From positions 71,238,001-71,302,000 of the forward strand of contig CM060731.1 in assembly GCA_030704615.1 (NCBI GenBank): a DNA stretch of 64,000 nt. Reading direction: 5' to 3'. The notes under the pieces are model-generated. The model had not been told where the DNA came from and searched no databases. It was given only the letters and a program-made list of their open reading frames with translations. Made by a program: the position numbers and the translations under genes. Below, piece by piece: positions 12,723 to 25,200 of this stretch (its first letter is position 1; every line of letters starts with the position of its first letter). Source of the stretch: Takakia lepidozioides (taxonomy: Eukaryota; Plantae; Bryophyta).

Positions 12723-13079
12723 ATCCATGCACGAGCCACCAGGATGACACTGGAGCTCGGTGGCATGGTGAGACGGACGAGGAGATGGTGCCCGGATGAC
12801 ATGCATCTACATTTCTGTGTATCTTGGCAGCGGAAGGCCAGGTTGGACCTGCAACAGGGATGACTGTAGATCAAGTGTCTGAGGACCCTGAGGCCAGCAA
12901 TGAGCAAGATGACGCCAAAGATATACATGAGGATTCAGTTGTGTTGGACTACCTCCGCACTGGAGACACTGCAGCCACTATGACTGCCAAGGAGAGGGAT
13001 CGGATCCTACAACGAGGCAAGAGGTTCAAGTGGGAGGGGACACACCTGCTCCGAGTGTGGGAGGATGGTCGAGTGAGGA

Positions 13080-13940
13080 TTGTGCCTCACCCAACACAGC
13101 GGGCACGGTTAGTGCGGCATGCCCATGAGGAGTTGGGGCATTTTGGGGTGCGACGCACTCATAGTCTTCTCCAAGTGGATTGAATTGGTTCCATTGCCTG
13201 ATAAGGCTAGTGAGGGAGCTGCGTATGCATTCTTGGATTGTATGCTTAGCCGATTCGGTGCTCCAGCTGAGGTACTCACGGACCAAGGGAGAGAGTTCTT
13301 GGGGGAGTTTCAGGCTTTGTGTGACAAGGCCTTGATAGAAAACCGCACCACTTCTCGGGATCATCCTGAGGCCGATGGCTTGGCAGAGAGAGTTGTTCAG
13401 ACAATAAAGAGGGGTTTGCGCAAGTATGGCTTGCAGAAGGGACACCTAGGAGATTGGGACCTTCAGTTACCCTGGTTAGCCATGGGCTATAGGTTCAGCA
13501 AGCAAGCATCACTTGCCTCCTTCTCACCATACTTTCTTCTCTTTGGCTGAGAGCCGGATTTGCCTACATCCATTCACAGAGAAGCTGCTACAGTTCTTAA
13601 CCTTGACGATCCGGACGTGTGGGCACGTGCATGTGAGCAACGTGCAGAGTTGTTCAAGAAAGTCATGCCCATGGCTTTCGAGAACCTTGCCATTGCATAA
13701 CATCGTGATACGTTGAGGTATGCTACCATACGTGGTGGGGGCTATCGTCCTGGGGTTTGGAGATTCAACCCTGGTGACTATGTTTATCTGCAGCAGACTG
13801 CTCCTACGACCTTGGATGTGACTGCAGGACGTATTATTTTGAGGATTCGAGAGGTGTTGCCATCAGGAGTCCTGATCTTGGAGGGTCGGGATGGCATGAT
13901 TTGGAAGGACCATGTGCGTAATTGCGCGCCATGTCACCTT
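13080..13940 (+). pseudogene. Integrase with an internal deletion
   Basis: HAHEELGHFG zinc-finger half joined directly (frameshift ~13170) to FSKWIE...TDQGREF...HPEADGLAER. The CxxC pair and first catalytic Asp are missing. Confidence 0.92.
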
Positions 13941-13997
13941 CCAAATGTTGATGGAAGGGTTGACCCAAACCTGGCAGTGGTACCTGCAAGTTTGAGG

Positions 13998-14132
13998 TGC
14001 ATGTTGTGTGGGTCTACTAGAGGGGCAGCCACCATGCTGGTGTGTGATCAATGCTCTAGATGTTGGCATATGAGATGCTTGACTCCACCTCTTGAGATGG
14101 TTCCTGATGAGGATTGGTTATGTCCGCATTGC
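13998..14132 (+). CDS. PHD finger (C4HC3) at the integrase C-terminus
   Basis: CMLC...MLVCDQC..CWHMRCLTPPL..VP..DWLCPHC; all eight zinc ligands are present. Confidence 0.93.
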
Positions 14133-14386
14133 ATTGGATAGTGGGAGTGGATACAACCATGGAAGGCTAACAAGAAATGCAAGGCCAAGCTACTAGGAGA
14201 CCAACACACGAGATCCTGACTCAAGTTCACAGATTGCAAGACGGTAACTAACGATGGGGTTGCTCTTGTATCCGGCCTCTTGGTCTATAGAGTTTGAGTA
14301 CAATAGGGACAGTGATAGAGGACTTAGTACGGCTGTGGCTATTACATCTTGTAGCTATCTGGAGTTAGAGGACCTAACCACCAGCT

Positions 14387-14396
14387 AGGGGGGCGA
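14387..14396 (+). promoter_or_regulatory. Polypurine tract
   Basis: AGGGGGGCGA followed by one T and then TGTGG at 14398. Confidence 0.7.
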
Positions 14397-14484
14397 TTGT
14401 GGTATAGCTTTCTAGGACTGTGTGCTTAGATTGTGTGGTGGACAGCGATGTATGTTGTGGCACGATGCTTAGGTGCACGACAGC

Positions 14485-14956
14485 TGTCATGGTTTTAGTC
14501 ATGGTTATCTAGAATTACCTACTTCTAGTTAACTAGGACATTTTAGATATTTATATTTATATTTTGTGTGTTGGGTATTCATTTGGTCTCACATGCCAAG
14601 TGAGGTGTCGAGCCTCACTTGAGACATGGAGATAGGTTTTCCCCTTGTGAGTGTTGAGGAGGCTCATCTTCTTGTAGTTGAGCCTCCATGAGCTTCTCTC
14701 ACCTCCATAGCTCTAGGTATTGAGAGGGAGTGTGTTGAGGGCTTTGTAGGGTGGATTCCTTTAGCAAAGGTGCCCTTGGCTTGACTTAGTTTATGTGATA
14801 GAGTGGATTTCACTTGGAGGGACTAGGGCTTGTTCTTCATGTGATTGCTTCATGCTTTGAGAGCTTTCATTGTCTTCTACTTCTCTCATTTCTCATCTCT
14901 TAGATTGTGTGGTGGACAACGATGTATGTTGTGGCACGATGCTTAGGTGCACGACA
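14485..14956 (+). repeat. 3' composite LTR: 418-bp copy of the 5' segment fused to a copy of 14425-14482
   Basis: 14899-14956 equals 14425-14482 with one mismatch. The junction has CTTA microhomology. Confidence 0.88.
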
Positions 14957-15464
14957 AGTTACTTTTCAGAGTTCAGAGGTTATCTGAAATCCCAATTTGC
15001 AGCCGGTCCAGGCTCCCTTTCCTACGTACATCCCTGTCTGCACTTCCCCACTTTTCTCCTCCATTGCTTGCTAGATCAATGCTTATTCTACGCTTCTTCT
15101 TCCCCTATAGCAGACGGTCCAGACTACTCTCCTTCTATATGCTGCATGTAATGGGGTTTTCTCTTCATCGCTGTTGTAGAACCCATCTTCCATTGTTGAC
15201 AATCTCCCGTCGCAATTCTTCTCTCTCTGTTGAAAGCTCGCATCTCGTGAGCCAAGCCATAGCTAGGCTCTAGGGGTACCTCTTGAGTCTAAACTAATAC
15301 TTTCATCCACTCGGATGGTTTTCTCGTTGTTAAAAGTATCTCGGGTTTGCCCTCACCGAAAGGTGTGTATGCCTTATGGCCCCACAGGGGTTTATTTTTT
15401 CCCCAGAAATAAATTATCGGGGCTTCATCCCCTTTAAAAAAATAGAAATAGAAATAAAATAAAA
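14957..15464 (+). mobile_element. Probable remainder of the L1 3' UTR with A-rich tail
   Basis: Pyrimidine-rich continuation after the TSD; AATAAA near 15408; tail AAAAAAATAGAAATAGAAATAAAATAAAA. Confidence 0.55.
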
Positions 15465-16264
15465 GCTCTCATTGTTGAATAATTGGGAATTTAAGGCTCA
15501 CGTGTGAGAGGCCTTTTCTCTAGACTTTTGCAAAGTGACAAGGGATCAAGAAGGAAATCCAATATGGGGCACCATTGACTTCCCCACATGCCAGGCCAAA
15601 TGGGCGATCTTGTAAATAACATCTAGAGATGAAAATTTATCATAATGCCAAAATTTTGGGACAAGGCACTTTGAAATGTTATTGTGCACTTACTTACCAG
15701 AGAAATTAGATAACAAATATCACCTCATGGGTGTACTTGGGAAAGAAGCCAAAACATGACAATTTATTCCCCAAATTTCACATAAAAAGCAGCCTAACTT
15801 TTCGGAATTTTGGTCTGATAGTTCTTTAGGTGCCACATAATCAGAGTATGGAGGGCCCGTGTCTCGGGAAATTCAACTCGACTGTGGTGAACCCAACCCA
15901 ATTTTTCCATGCAATTTTGGAATATATTTACAAATTGGGACAGGGATAGATTATTTTGCTATAATCTCCCAAATGCAATGGTAAACCTGCCTACAGTTTT
16001 GACAGGACGTGGATGTAGTAGATATGCACATAAGTATATGGTTCATCCCCACGGATGATTGGGGGTAAAAAGTTACACCCTCATCCATGAGGGCATGCAC
16101 ACTCCTTTATAGTGGGCCCATCAAAAGGCTCGTCATTTAAGGGTTAAATAGAAAAGGAAGAGGGTTCGCTTGTTCGCTCTGGGAGGACTGTTTCTTCCGT
16201 TCAACGGATTCAGCACCGCAGCTCTGCGGACGCCATGCCGTGCGACAGGGCCTTTATATGAGCC

Positions 16265-19200
16265 ATGGCTGCTCCACCCTGCACCCTGCTCTTTGCTGAA
16301 TCCTTCCAGCATGATCGCTTGTGCGAGCACGTTGACGAGGTATGGGCGTGTTGCGTCCTCCCTAGTCTTTCCCTGCTTCACCCTCTCGAGATTTCTTTGC
16401 TTTAGGGTATTCTGGCGCTCGTAATTGCGTGGTTCCTCGAATGTGCGCTTTGAGGAGAGGCACCGAGGCTATGTTCATAATTGAAACCCGTGGAGATTTT
16501 TTTAATGTTATTTCATTGAAGTTGTACGACTGTAGAAGGATGGCACTGGGTTCTGGGTTCTAGGGTTGGGTCAATGTGCTTCCAGCGAGTGTCAGAGTTG
16601 CTATCTACTGCAGTTTAAAGCAATTGTTGGGAGATTTGGTGCATGTGACGCTGGGGTTTAGGGTTTAGTAATCATCAATGGCCATAGTTCTCTCCATTTT
16701 CCATCTTTGGTGAACTACCCAACTTATAGTGGAAAGTAATTTTAGATTTTTTGTCCTCCCCTCTCCCCTCCACGCCCCCTCCTCCCACCCTCTGATGACT
16801 GCAGGAATATTGTCCCCCAATCCTTTTAAAAAATTAGAAGGAGCTATGCGGGTATTCCCACTGTGTCTTTTGCATAAATGGGAGAAGCTGGCGAACCTAC
16901 TTAGAGCCCAAAAGGTAGAGAGTACTTCTGTTTGCACTGAATTATAGCTACCAAAGAATTCGGTTTCCTTCCTTAGTTAATGCTTTTATCCTCCTTCGAA
17001 TTTCTGTAATATGTGAGGTATTTTTCATACAAATCTCCTGATGTGGACAATGAATAATGTTTTTGAAAAACTTGGGGAGGTGTGGCAGGTTCGATTTTCT
17101 GAGCCCGTGGTGATCAGTGCATGTGAAGTGGTTGAGCTGCATCAACCTTCTCTCTGCCCTTCTGTCTCCTTAAGAGGGTTAGTGCTTCTGACCAGTATTC
17201 ATACTTGCATGCTTGCCTGAACTATATGTTTGTGAGGCACATGCTTTTAGACTGTTTGCAATTGAAATCATGCAGAAGGCAACAGTTTGTCAATATCTAT
17301 ATGCATTTGGGACATTGTCAAATTCAGTGGCAGGTATGCTTTTTACTCTGCTGGGGGGGAGTGCAGGATTAGCAGTCCAGAGTCTTGTGCAGTAGAGATA
17401 TATGTGCGCAGTGGAGGAGATTCTCGTTTTCATCACCTTGGCCCAGCCTTTCTGCATTCCCCTGCTGCAAGTGCTCTCCTTGATGTGCAGGTAATACCTT
17501 TTCTGTTTGCTTGTTTCCTTGGTTGCTCGTGATGGTTAGCTGCAGCTATGTCCACTGTTATTGGGTTGAAGCTATGCCCTTACTTCCTCATGCAGTTTGT
17601 ATCAATCTTGACAGTCAACCATTTATTAGGATTGCTGAAAATACTATTCTGGCTCACGTTAAATCCATATTTATCTCTTTAAGTGCAGGCAGCTGTAACT
17701 GAGCATGTGGTAGTGCGAGGCAGCTACCGAGCACTCACGCTGCTAATTTTTGGCAACCTTGCCAGTGAGCTTTGCTCAGACTCTGACTTGGACCGCAATG
17801 TGTCCTTACCTGGCATTGAGCATCTGGGAGAAGCACAACGTGTCCACCCTCCCAAAGTGTCACCGCTGGGTTGCCTCCAGCTGGTGGTGCACCCCAATGC
17901 AGAGCATGTGCAGCTACTGCAGCGCCTGCTGCATTGTGTGGGGAATGAAGATACAGCCCACCACCTGGTGCCAGCTCTCCTGGCAGCAGCAGCTGCCTGG
18001 CATCTATCACAGCAGCATGCTGCCACAGGGGCCCCATGGTGTGCTGCTGCAAAGCCGGGCCTGCTGGATGGCCCAGTTGGGCCCCTTATGGGTGATGTAA
18101 GGCAAGAGCTGGACGAGTTGCAAGAATGGGTGCAGCAGAGAGAAGAGGAGGGCAAGGTGACCACAAAGGACAAGGACGAGCAAGTGCTGCTGCACCTCAC
18201 ACTACGGTGGTTACGGGCTGGTCTAGAGGCTTCACCTGTGCTGCACTCTCCACTCTCCCCTGTACTGTACTCACACTAACCATTTCTCTTCTCTTGTTAG
18301 GGACAAGTTGTGTTTTTCCCTGCTGGATCCCGAGTTGCTGATAGTTCTGCCAAAAGCCGTTTGATTAGGGAACAGTGTCATTCCACTATGGTCAATTATG
18401 AGGGAGGGATAGGCTTGGGCTGGATGTGATTGGGATGTGGTAATGTGTGTAGGAGTGCAACTGACGGGCAGTGTGCTGCAGGTGGAGAGAGTCATAGGGG
18501 CCCTTGCTGCTGCACAGCTTCTCTGCAGTAATGATGGACAGGGGGTGCTACCATTTGTGGAAGCCGGTGGAATGCAGCTCCTACTACAGATAGTGCAGCA
18601 AGTGGCCGGGGCAACTGCACTGCTGTTGTTTGCACTCGCCACCGTGGAGTGTGCATGCCGCCATGGGTGTGCCTGTGAGGCTCTGGTGGCACAGGGTTAT
18701 ACACCACTGCTTATACTCGTCCAGCAACCTCAACGACCACCTGTGGTGCAGCTTCTGGAACGGATCCTGAAACGCCTTCACGTCTTTCAACTGGCCTCTG
18801 CTTTGCAGGTGGTTGCTTGTTACTGCAGTGGTATAATATTCCAGTTCTTCTACTTGAGACAACATTGTTATTGGGAGGTCCAATTATTGTGATTGTGTAT
18901 AATACGAAAGGGGGTGGTACAATACTGTGCGATGATGTTAAATGGCAAACAATTTGTCACTGTCACTTACAAGATTTAATTTGACTAATTCTGTCTTTGG
19001 CAGTTGACTGCCGAGCAACTGGTTGACGAGGGACAAGGAGACGCTACTGACGAGGGTGTTGCCCTGGAAAAAGCAACCTCTCTGTTAAAGCAGCTTTTGG
19101 TAAGACTGTCAATAGGATGCTTTTGTGTTACGTGGAATGTGGCAGGCTTTGGACTGATGTGATTAGCATCCTTGGGGATTTGCTGGACTCGCCTTATTTC

Positions 19201-22200
19201 CCTGGTGGGGTGTGCGGGCTGGAGAAACAGGGTGCGGTTGGTGTCAAGGGGTTCTTGAAGGAGGAGTGGTGGGTGGCCCTTGATGCGGAAAAAAATAAGA
19301 AGGGCTTGTTGCCTTTTGCGGTGTATGGAGGCACTATCACATCAAAGGCGGCTGTTGCACCCCAGGATACTGATCCCGCAGTGCTATCTCTGCTGCAGGT
19401 GTGGTACATTTTTGTCATGACAGTTTTAGGTTGTGAGAGCATGCTTGGTTTCTCACCGTGAATAATGTGCTGATGGGATCCTGAAGGTGCACCCCTCTTT
19501 GTTGGAATGTAGGCGGGACGTTTGCTGCCATCGTTGGCAACATTAATATCTGCTCCCATAATATGGTCATTGCAAGAAGGCCTGACAAATACATGTGCCG
19601 ATTTTGTGGCCGTCGTTCAGACTCTTGTGCTTTATCTTCTCAGCTGCCGCTCAGGTCTGCCCACAACGCTCTGCTACCCTTGGACCTACGTTCGTGCAAT
19701 ACCATTTATTGCTTCCACTTTTATGAAACTGTATTTTGTGAGTCTTTTCCAAGTGTCCATGAGTGGAACACACCTGCTACATCCCAAAAAATTGAAGTTA
19801 AGCTGACTCTAGGATCTGATTACCAAGCCCTTGAACTTGTTGTATCTGAAGCGTTTTTGAAAACTTTGATACTGGTAGGGTGCATGATGTAGCTGTGTTT
19901 TGAGTGGCAGGGTTGTTATTTCTTGCTTCCGATACAAAGGCAGCAACAGGTATGGTAGCAGCCCTGAGACGTATGCAGGAAGTGCAAGATACCGATATCC
20001 CACCCCTACGTCATGCAGCAGCACTCTCCTCCTTGGGATTCCTATGTCATCCTCATCACATTGGCGGGATACTTCATATCAGCCTTTCTGTGGTTGGTTC
20101 TTCCGTCCTGCCTATTGTTTGCTTTATATGAAATCTGTATATAATCTAGTGCTTGTGGTCCTGAGACGGTTCAGGTGGATGCTAGTACTTGTTCTGACCA
20201 AGCTTGATGCTGATTTGCGCAGATCAGTGCAATGGATCGCTTGGTTGGAGCAGATAGAGGATCGGAGGCTGAATTTTGGGCTCTTTGGGACCTTGCTGCT
20301 ATATCAAGGTCCCTTTTATAAGCCTTTCCTTGGTGTATAGTGGGGATTTTGTTGCCGTGTAGGTATATAGGAAGTGAGGAGCAAGTAGATGCTTGAATTT
20401 CATCATAATATCGGTGGTCATTTTGTTGGCTTGATCCAGGATGGAGGCTGGTAGGCAGGCCGTCTTGGTGGTCACATGGTTTCCAGAGGTAATTCAACCT
20501 GACTTCACCTTCCTTTGGCTTGTTTGGGAGGTGCGAGAAAGGAGGTCTGACACCTTCCCTTTCATGTGCAGGTGATGGCAGTGCTCATAGAAGCTCTTCA
20601 CCCTGGATCTAAGCCTGCACCGGCAATGGGTGGGTGCTATTTCCAGCTAGTGTTGTTACAATATTCTGGTAGTTATGGGTCATAGTACGGGCTAAGCAAG
20701 ATTAGGGTTTCCTTGTGCGCAGGAATGGGGGCAGCAGGCCACTTTGCCGCAGTAGTATTGCAGAAGGTGCTCTGGGATACGTCACCCACGACCCTGGTTG
20801 CATGGACACCACATGCCCCAGCTTTGCAGCTTGTCTTGCAGGCAGCTTGCAACTGTGGCCGGTTGCTTGAGTGGGTGGAGGCAGCTGCGATTTATGAGAA
20901 GAAGGGGGCAGTTGGGCTTCTCAAATATGCAGCTGGTCTCAGTGCAATGCAAAATACTAGTGCTGGGCTGCACGCAGATGGTTCTATACACAACAATGAC
21001 AGTCTACGTGATCTGGCAGCTGGTAATGAGCTGCCTACGGTGCTCAGCAAAGGGGTGACCCCTCCCCTGATGCCTGAGTCAGCCATGCGCCCATTGACCA
21101 TTGCTTTGCGTCTCTTGGCATCTGTATCCTCTGATCCGGTATAAGCTCTCAAAAGCCTCCTGTCTTTTGCTATTTCAAATTTGTGTTATTCTACAGTTGC
21201 TTTTCCCAAATGTATTGGTGTGTCCACTGAAGAAGCTGACTGATAAATTACTTTTTATTGGGCTATTTGGAAGGCTGTTGCGGCGGTGCTCTATGAAGAG
21301 GGTGCCATGGGTGTGGTGTATGTTATACTGGAGCACTGTGCGGCAGCTTTGCAAGCGCCTCCAAGTGGTTATGGTAAGCTCTTACCCTATGTAGGACTGG
21401 TTGTTTTCTCCGGTGTTCTTTTTGAATTTGGAGATGAAGCAGGAAGAGTGGTTTGTTGAATGCAGAAGAAGAGGAGGGGGAAGAAGAGGAAGGGAGGGTG
21501 GAGGAGGAGCAGAAGGAGCATGTACTGCTAGTCTTGTTGTTGCCTACCCTCTCACTATTGCTATCCTTGCTTCAGCGCCTTCAGGTCCGTTCCCTATTCT
21601 CTTGTTGTAAGTGGGAGTGAAGCATCCCGACTAACTGTCAGTGGTACCAAACACTGCACTGCAATGCCTACTGTAGCTAGTTGAAGGGTATATCAATTGT
21701 TCCCCGTGATGAAGGCATCATAATTTCCTTGCATGTATAGATGTGATTGATTTGTCTTAGACTATGAGTTTCTAGGTCACATGAGATGGCCTTTCTCTGA
21801 CTCAGGTCGTTACTTGGAGGCATTGCTTGGTCATAATTTCAAAGCTTTTTCTGGTGTTCAGGGTGGTATCCTCTGGCTATGTTATGCTGTACTATGCTCT
21901 TTAGGCCAATGCTTATGGGCAGAGGGTCTCTTTTTGTTTTTGTCTTCTGATCTCTGAGGGCTTTTGTGCAGACTAAGTACTCCTGTGAGAGTTGGACAAC
22001 CCTTGCATGTATCAGACCTTGACAGCTGGTTGGACATCTCTGGAAGTATTTGTGCAGGGGGCAGTGCAAGTATATCGGAACACAAGGCTGGTAGACATTT
22101 TAATACGCCTTCATCATGGTGTCAGGTACCTCCTTTTCAGCTTGTTTTGCATTGCTATGGCTGGGAATTGGTAATGGTTACTGATTGTGGTCAACATGTG

Positions 22201-25200
22201 GGAGTCTGTGGCAGCACAAAAGCAGGGTCGTATGGAACAGTGCCACCATATGCATGGGCAGGGGGAGTGTTAGAGGTGGGAGCTGTGCGCCAGCTGTTGG
22301 CATCTCTGCTGGCTTGCTGGCCCATCTTTGGATGGACCCCTGCACTGTTACCACGACTCCTGGGATCCCACTCGACCTCTCTGCCTGTGGAGCCTGGAGA
22401 AGCTTGCAGTGTGATCTGCCTTTTGGTGCCTATTTTTTCCCCTGATCTATCATTACCGTCAGATTTGTGAGGAGGCCTTCGGCTGTCAAGTAGATCAGGA
22501 TATGACTTTCTGCTCTTGCTCTTTCTCCTCTGGCAAGTGGTGTACTTGCTGACTGACCCGAAAGAGCGATTTCTTCTGCAGGAAGATTTTCTTCCATCAG
22601 AGTGCCCATGCCTCTGTCTGAGCAAAACTGCAGTGAAGGATGTGTATCGAAACATGGCTGTTGGCAGTATGTTGGGGGTGGGGGTGATGACTGACGTGCT
22701 GTGGCATACGCTGCCCACCAATGTGGAAAAAATGCTTTGTGCACTGTCCCCTCATTTGGAGCAGATTGCGCATGTCATTCTACATCTTGCCCCATCTGTA
22801 TGTGGCGTAAACTATTTTTTTGTGTCCTTTTCTGCTGCAGTTCCTCTTTGTGTCCACTTCGCAGGACTAGATTATGGTTGAAGTTCTTAGAGCAGAGTGC
22901 AAACACTCCCTTGGCAATTGCCTATTGCCACACATTTAGAGAGTACAATCGCTTCATTGAGCATGTTTACACTCTCGTGCTTTCTTTACCGGAGAGTTTG
23001 TCACCATACCCTCAATCATATCATATCCATCAATCTTGTGAAGGTTTTGTGTGTCAGGAAGATGGATGTCTTTTAGTTGTTTGTCTACAATGATAATATA
23101 GTTAGCTGGTTTCCTCCATGAACTAGCTATTGTGATTATAGTGCTCTTGACATACTCTACAAAGCTATGGACTTAAAGAGAAATAGAATGTAATAGTGGC
23201 ATTCGGGTGTAGACATGTGAGTTGGTCCAGGAGAGGCTTACGAGCATGTTAGGACGAATCTCCTGGGCAAGTGTGGAGCATGCTGCTGTTTTTGTGCGCC
23301 CTGTGCTCGCCCTTCTTCAACAGCACATCTCAGCGGCCTCAGTTCTTTCTGATATCAATATTCTTCAGGTAGTCATTGCACCAGCTGTAGTTAATTGGGT
23401 TAACCTTGTGGGGTATTGTTGTCATTCTATTTGCTGTCGAGATTGGGTTGGAAGCTTGGTAGCTATGTTGCAGTTGTGACGCGCCTTGGACACATCCTTT
23501 GGGCCAAAAAAAGAAGAAGAAGCAAGACCCTAGCTGAAGCAAGCGTTACTTATAGTGTCGATTCTCCCTGAAGGGCTACTGCCTTCTGTTTGGAGGGTGG
23601 ACACCTTCTAACGGCCGTAACCGAGGCAACGCGGTTGCCCAACCCTCTCCGAAGGACTCAAAAGTCCCCTGGTACCCACATGTTAAGTAGCGGGTTGACC
23701 AAGGTACCCCCCTTTTATGGCTCGGTCGTCCTTTGGTCATGGTAGAGAGATTGTACTCATAAGACGTTGTTTGCCGTAGCCTTGTGGCCATTGACCCCGC
23801 GCCCAGTTTGAGCGGGAACAAAAGGGACAGAACCTACCTCTGTCAGGGGCTGACGTTGGTAGTAAGACTTACCTTGATATATAGAATTAATCTGGGTTTT
23901 CCAGATATCCTCTAGAAATCCCTCACACAAGCATCAATCTGCTGTGTGTGATTTGCCCAAAAACTAGGCCTCAGGAGAGCCTGGGCTTTTGGCTCAGCCT
24001 CGAGACTTTCAAAGTTGGTAAACAGGGGTACAGGCACAATTCCCTTAATAGATTTGAAGAGAGCGTCTCTTTGGTGAGAGAACCCCGGACAGTGTATCAG
24101 AAAATGAATACTGTCTTCAGATTGCCCACACAACGGGCAATTGCACTCTCCCTTTCCTCTCTGCTTCTGTTTGCTGTTCAAAGGTAGGCTGCCTGCAACT
24201 CTCCACATCTTTGCCTTGATCCCACAAGACCAGAGGCGGAACCATAGGCCATCTCTCCACACTGAGAGAGAGAGAGAGTACTGTCATCTGCCTAGACAAG
24301 GCCCCATCATATTTTACAATCTCTCTTTTTAGCTTCAGCTTTGTCTTTACCGGTAGGAAATAGAAATTAGAGACTAAGTAGCCATATTCTAAGTTTCAGA
24401 AAGGTGTATCATTCATTGTGATAGTCAAGTTCTTAATGGACAGGATTATCAAACCAGATTACTTTCCAGCAAATGCCAAAGGAACTGTCTGTTGATACCT
24501 TAGAAGAAAGCATGTCAAGCCATCAACCTACTGATATTTTTTGAAGAGTTTTCCAAACACTTATGGTGAGAAGCCAACCCTCATTTAGAAAGTGTGGAAA
24601 AAGAAAGTCATCAGACATCAGCCACTCCTAGCTATCAAGGCAAAGGTGACGCGTTCCCTGGTCCCATGACAGCCAACCAGCAAACCAACAGGTTAGTGAT
24701 CCCTGTGGAACCCCAGGTATACGGCCTCACCTAGTTGCTATCCATGTCCCATGAGAGACAAAGGATACGGTCCTATGTCTAGATGACAAGCATAGCATTG
24801 CAGCACTTTAACAACAAGATCACTGCAAAAGAGATCGTGAGGAAAACATGGCTTTGGACACTACAGCCTCTAAGTAAGATTTATCCAGCAGGGTCAAGAC
24901 TTGCGGGCTAAGATTCAGATCCTTGAGAATCTCTTCTACTCTCTTCCGTCAGGACCTAGCCTGTTTGACAGGGCAATCCTGCTTCCAAGATATAGAGTCA
25001 ATGAACTTAGGATATCTGATGTTGGACGTGTTTCAGCTGACGCACCCAGCATGCTGATGTGCACTCCTTAAGCACCCCCACTTGAATGGATTCTAGAGAC
25101 TTAGCCTGGTTGGATTTATCAACCCATTATGCAGATGCGTACTCCAAGGCAGGTCTAATAACGCGACAAAGCATGGGTTTTTTGACCTCAGAGTCGATCC

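Larger units (their letters stand above)
7958..14956 (+). mobile_element. Ty3/Gypsy LTR retrotransposon (decayed, gag-less): PR(C-term)-DNMT-RT-RNaseH-INT-PHD
   Basis: TG...CA ends. AGTT direct repeat at 7954-7957 and 14957-14960. 418-bp direct repeats. Gypsy domain order RT-RH-INT. PPT at 14387-14396. Confidence 0.93.
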
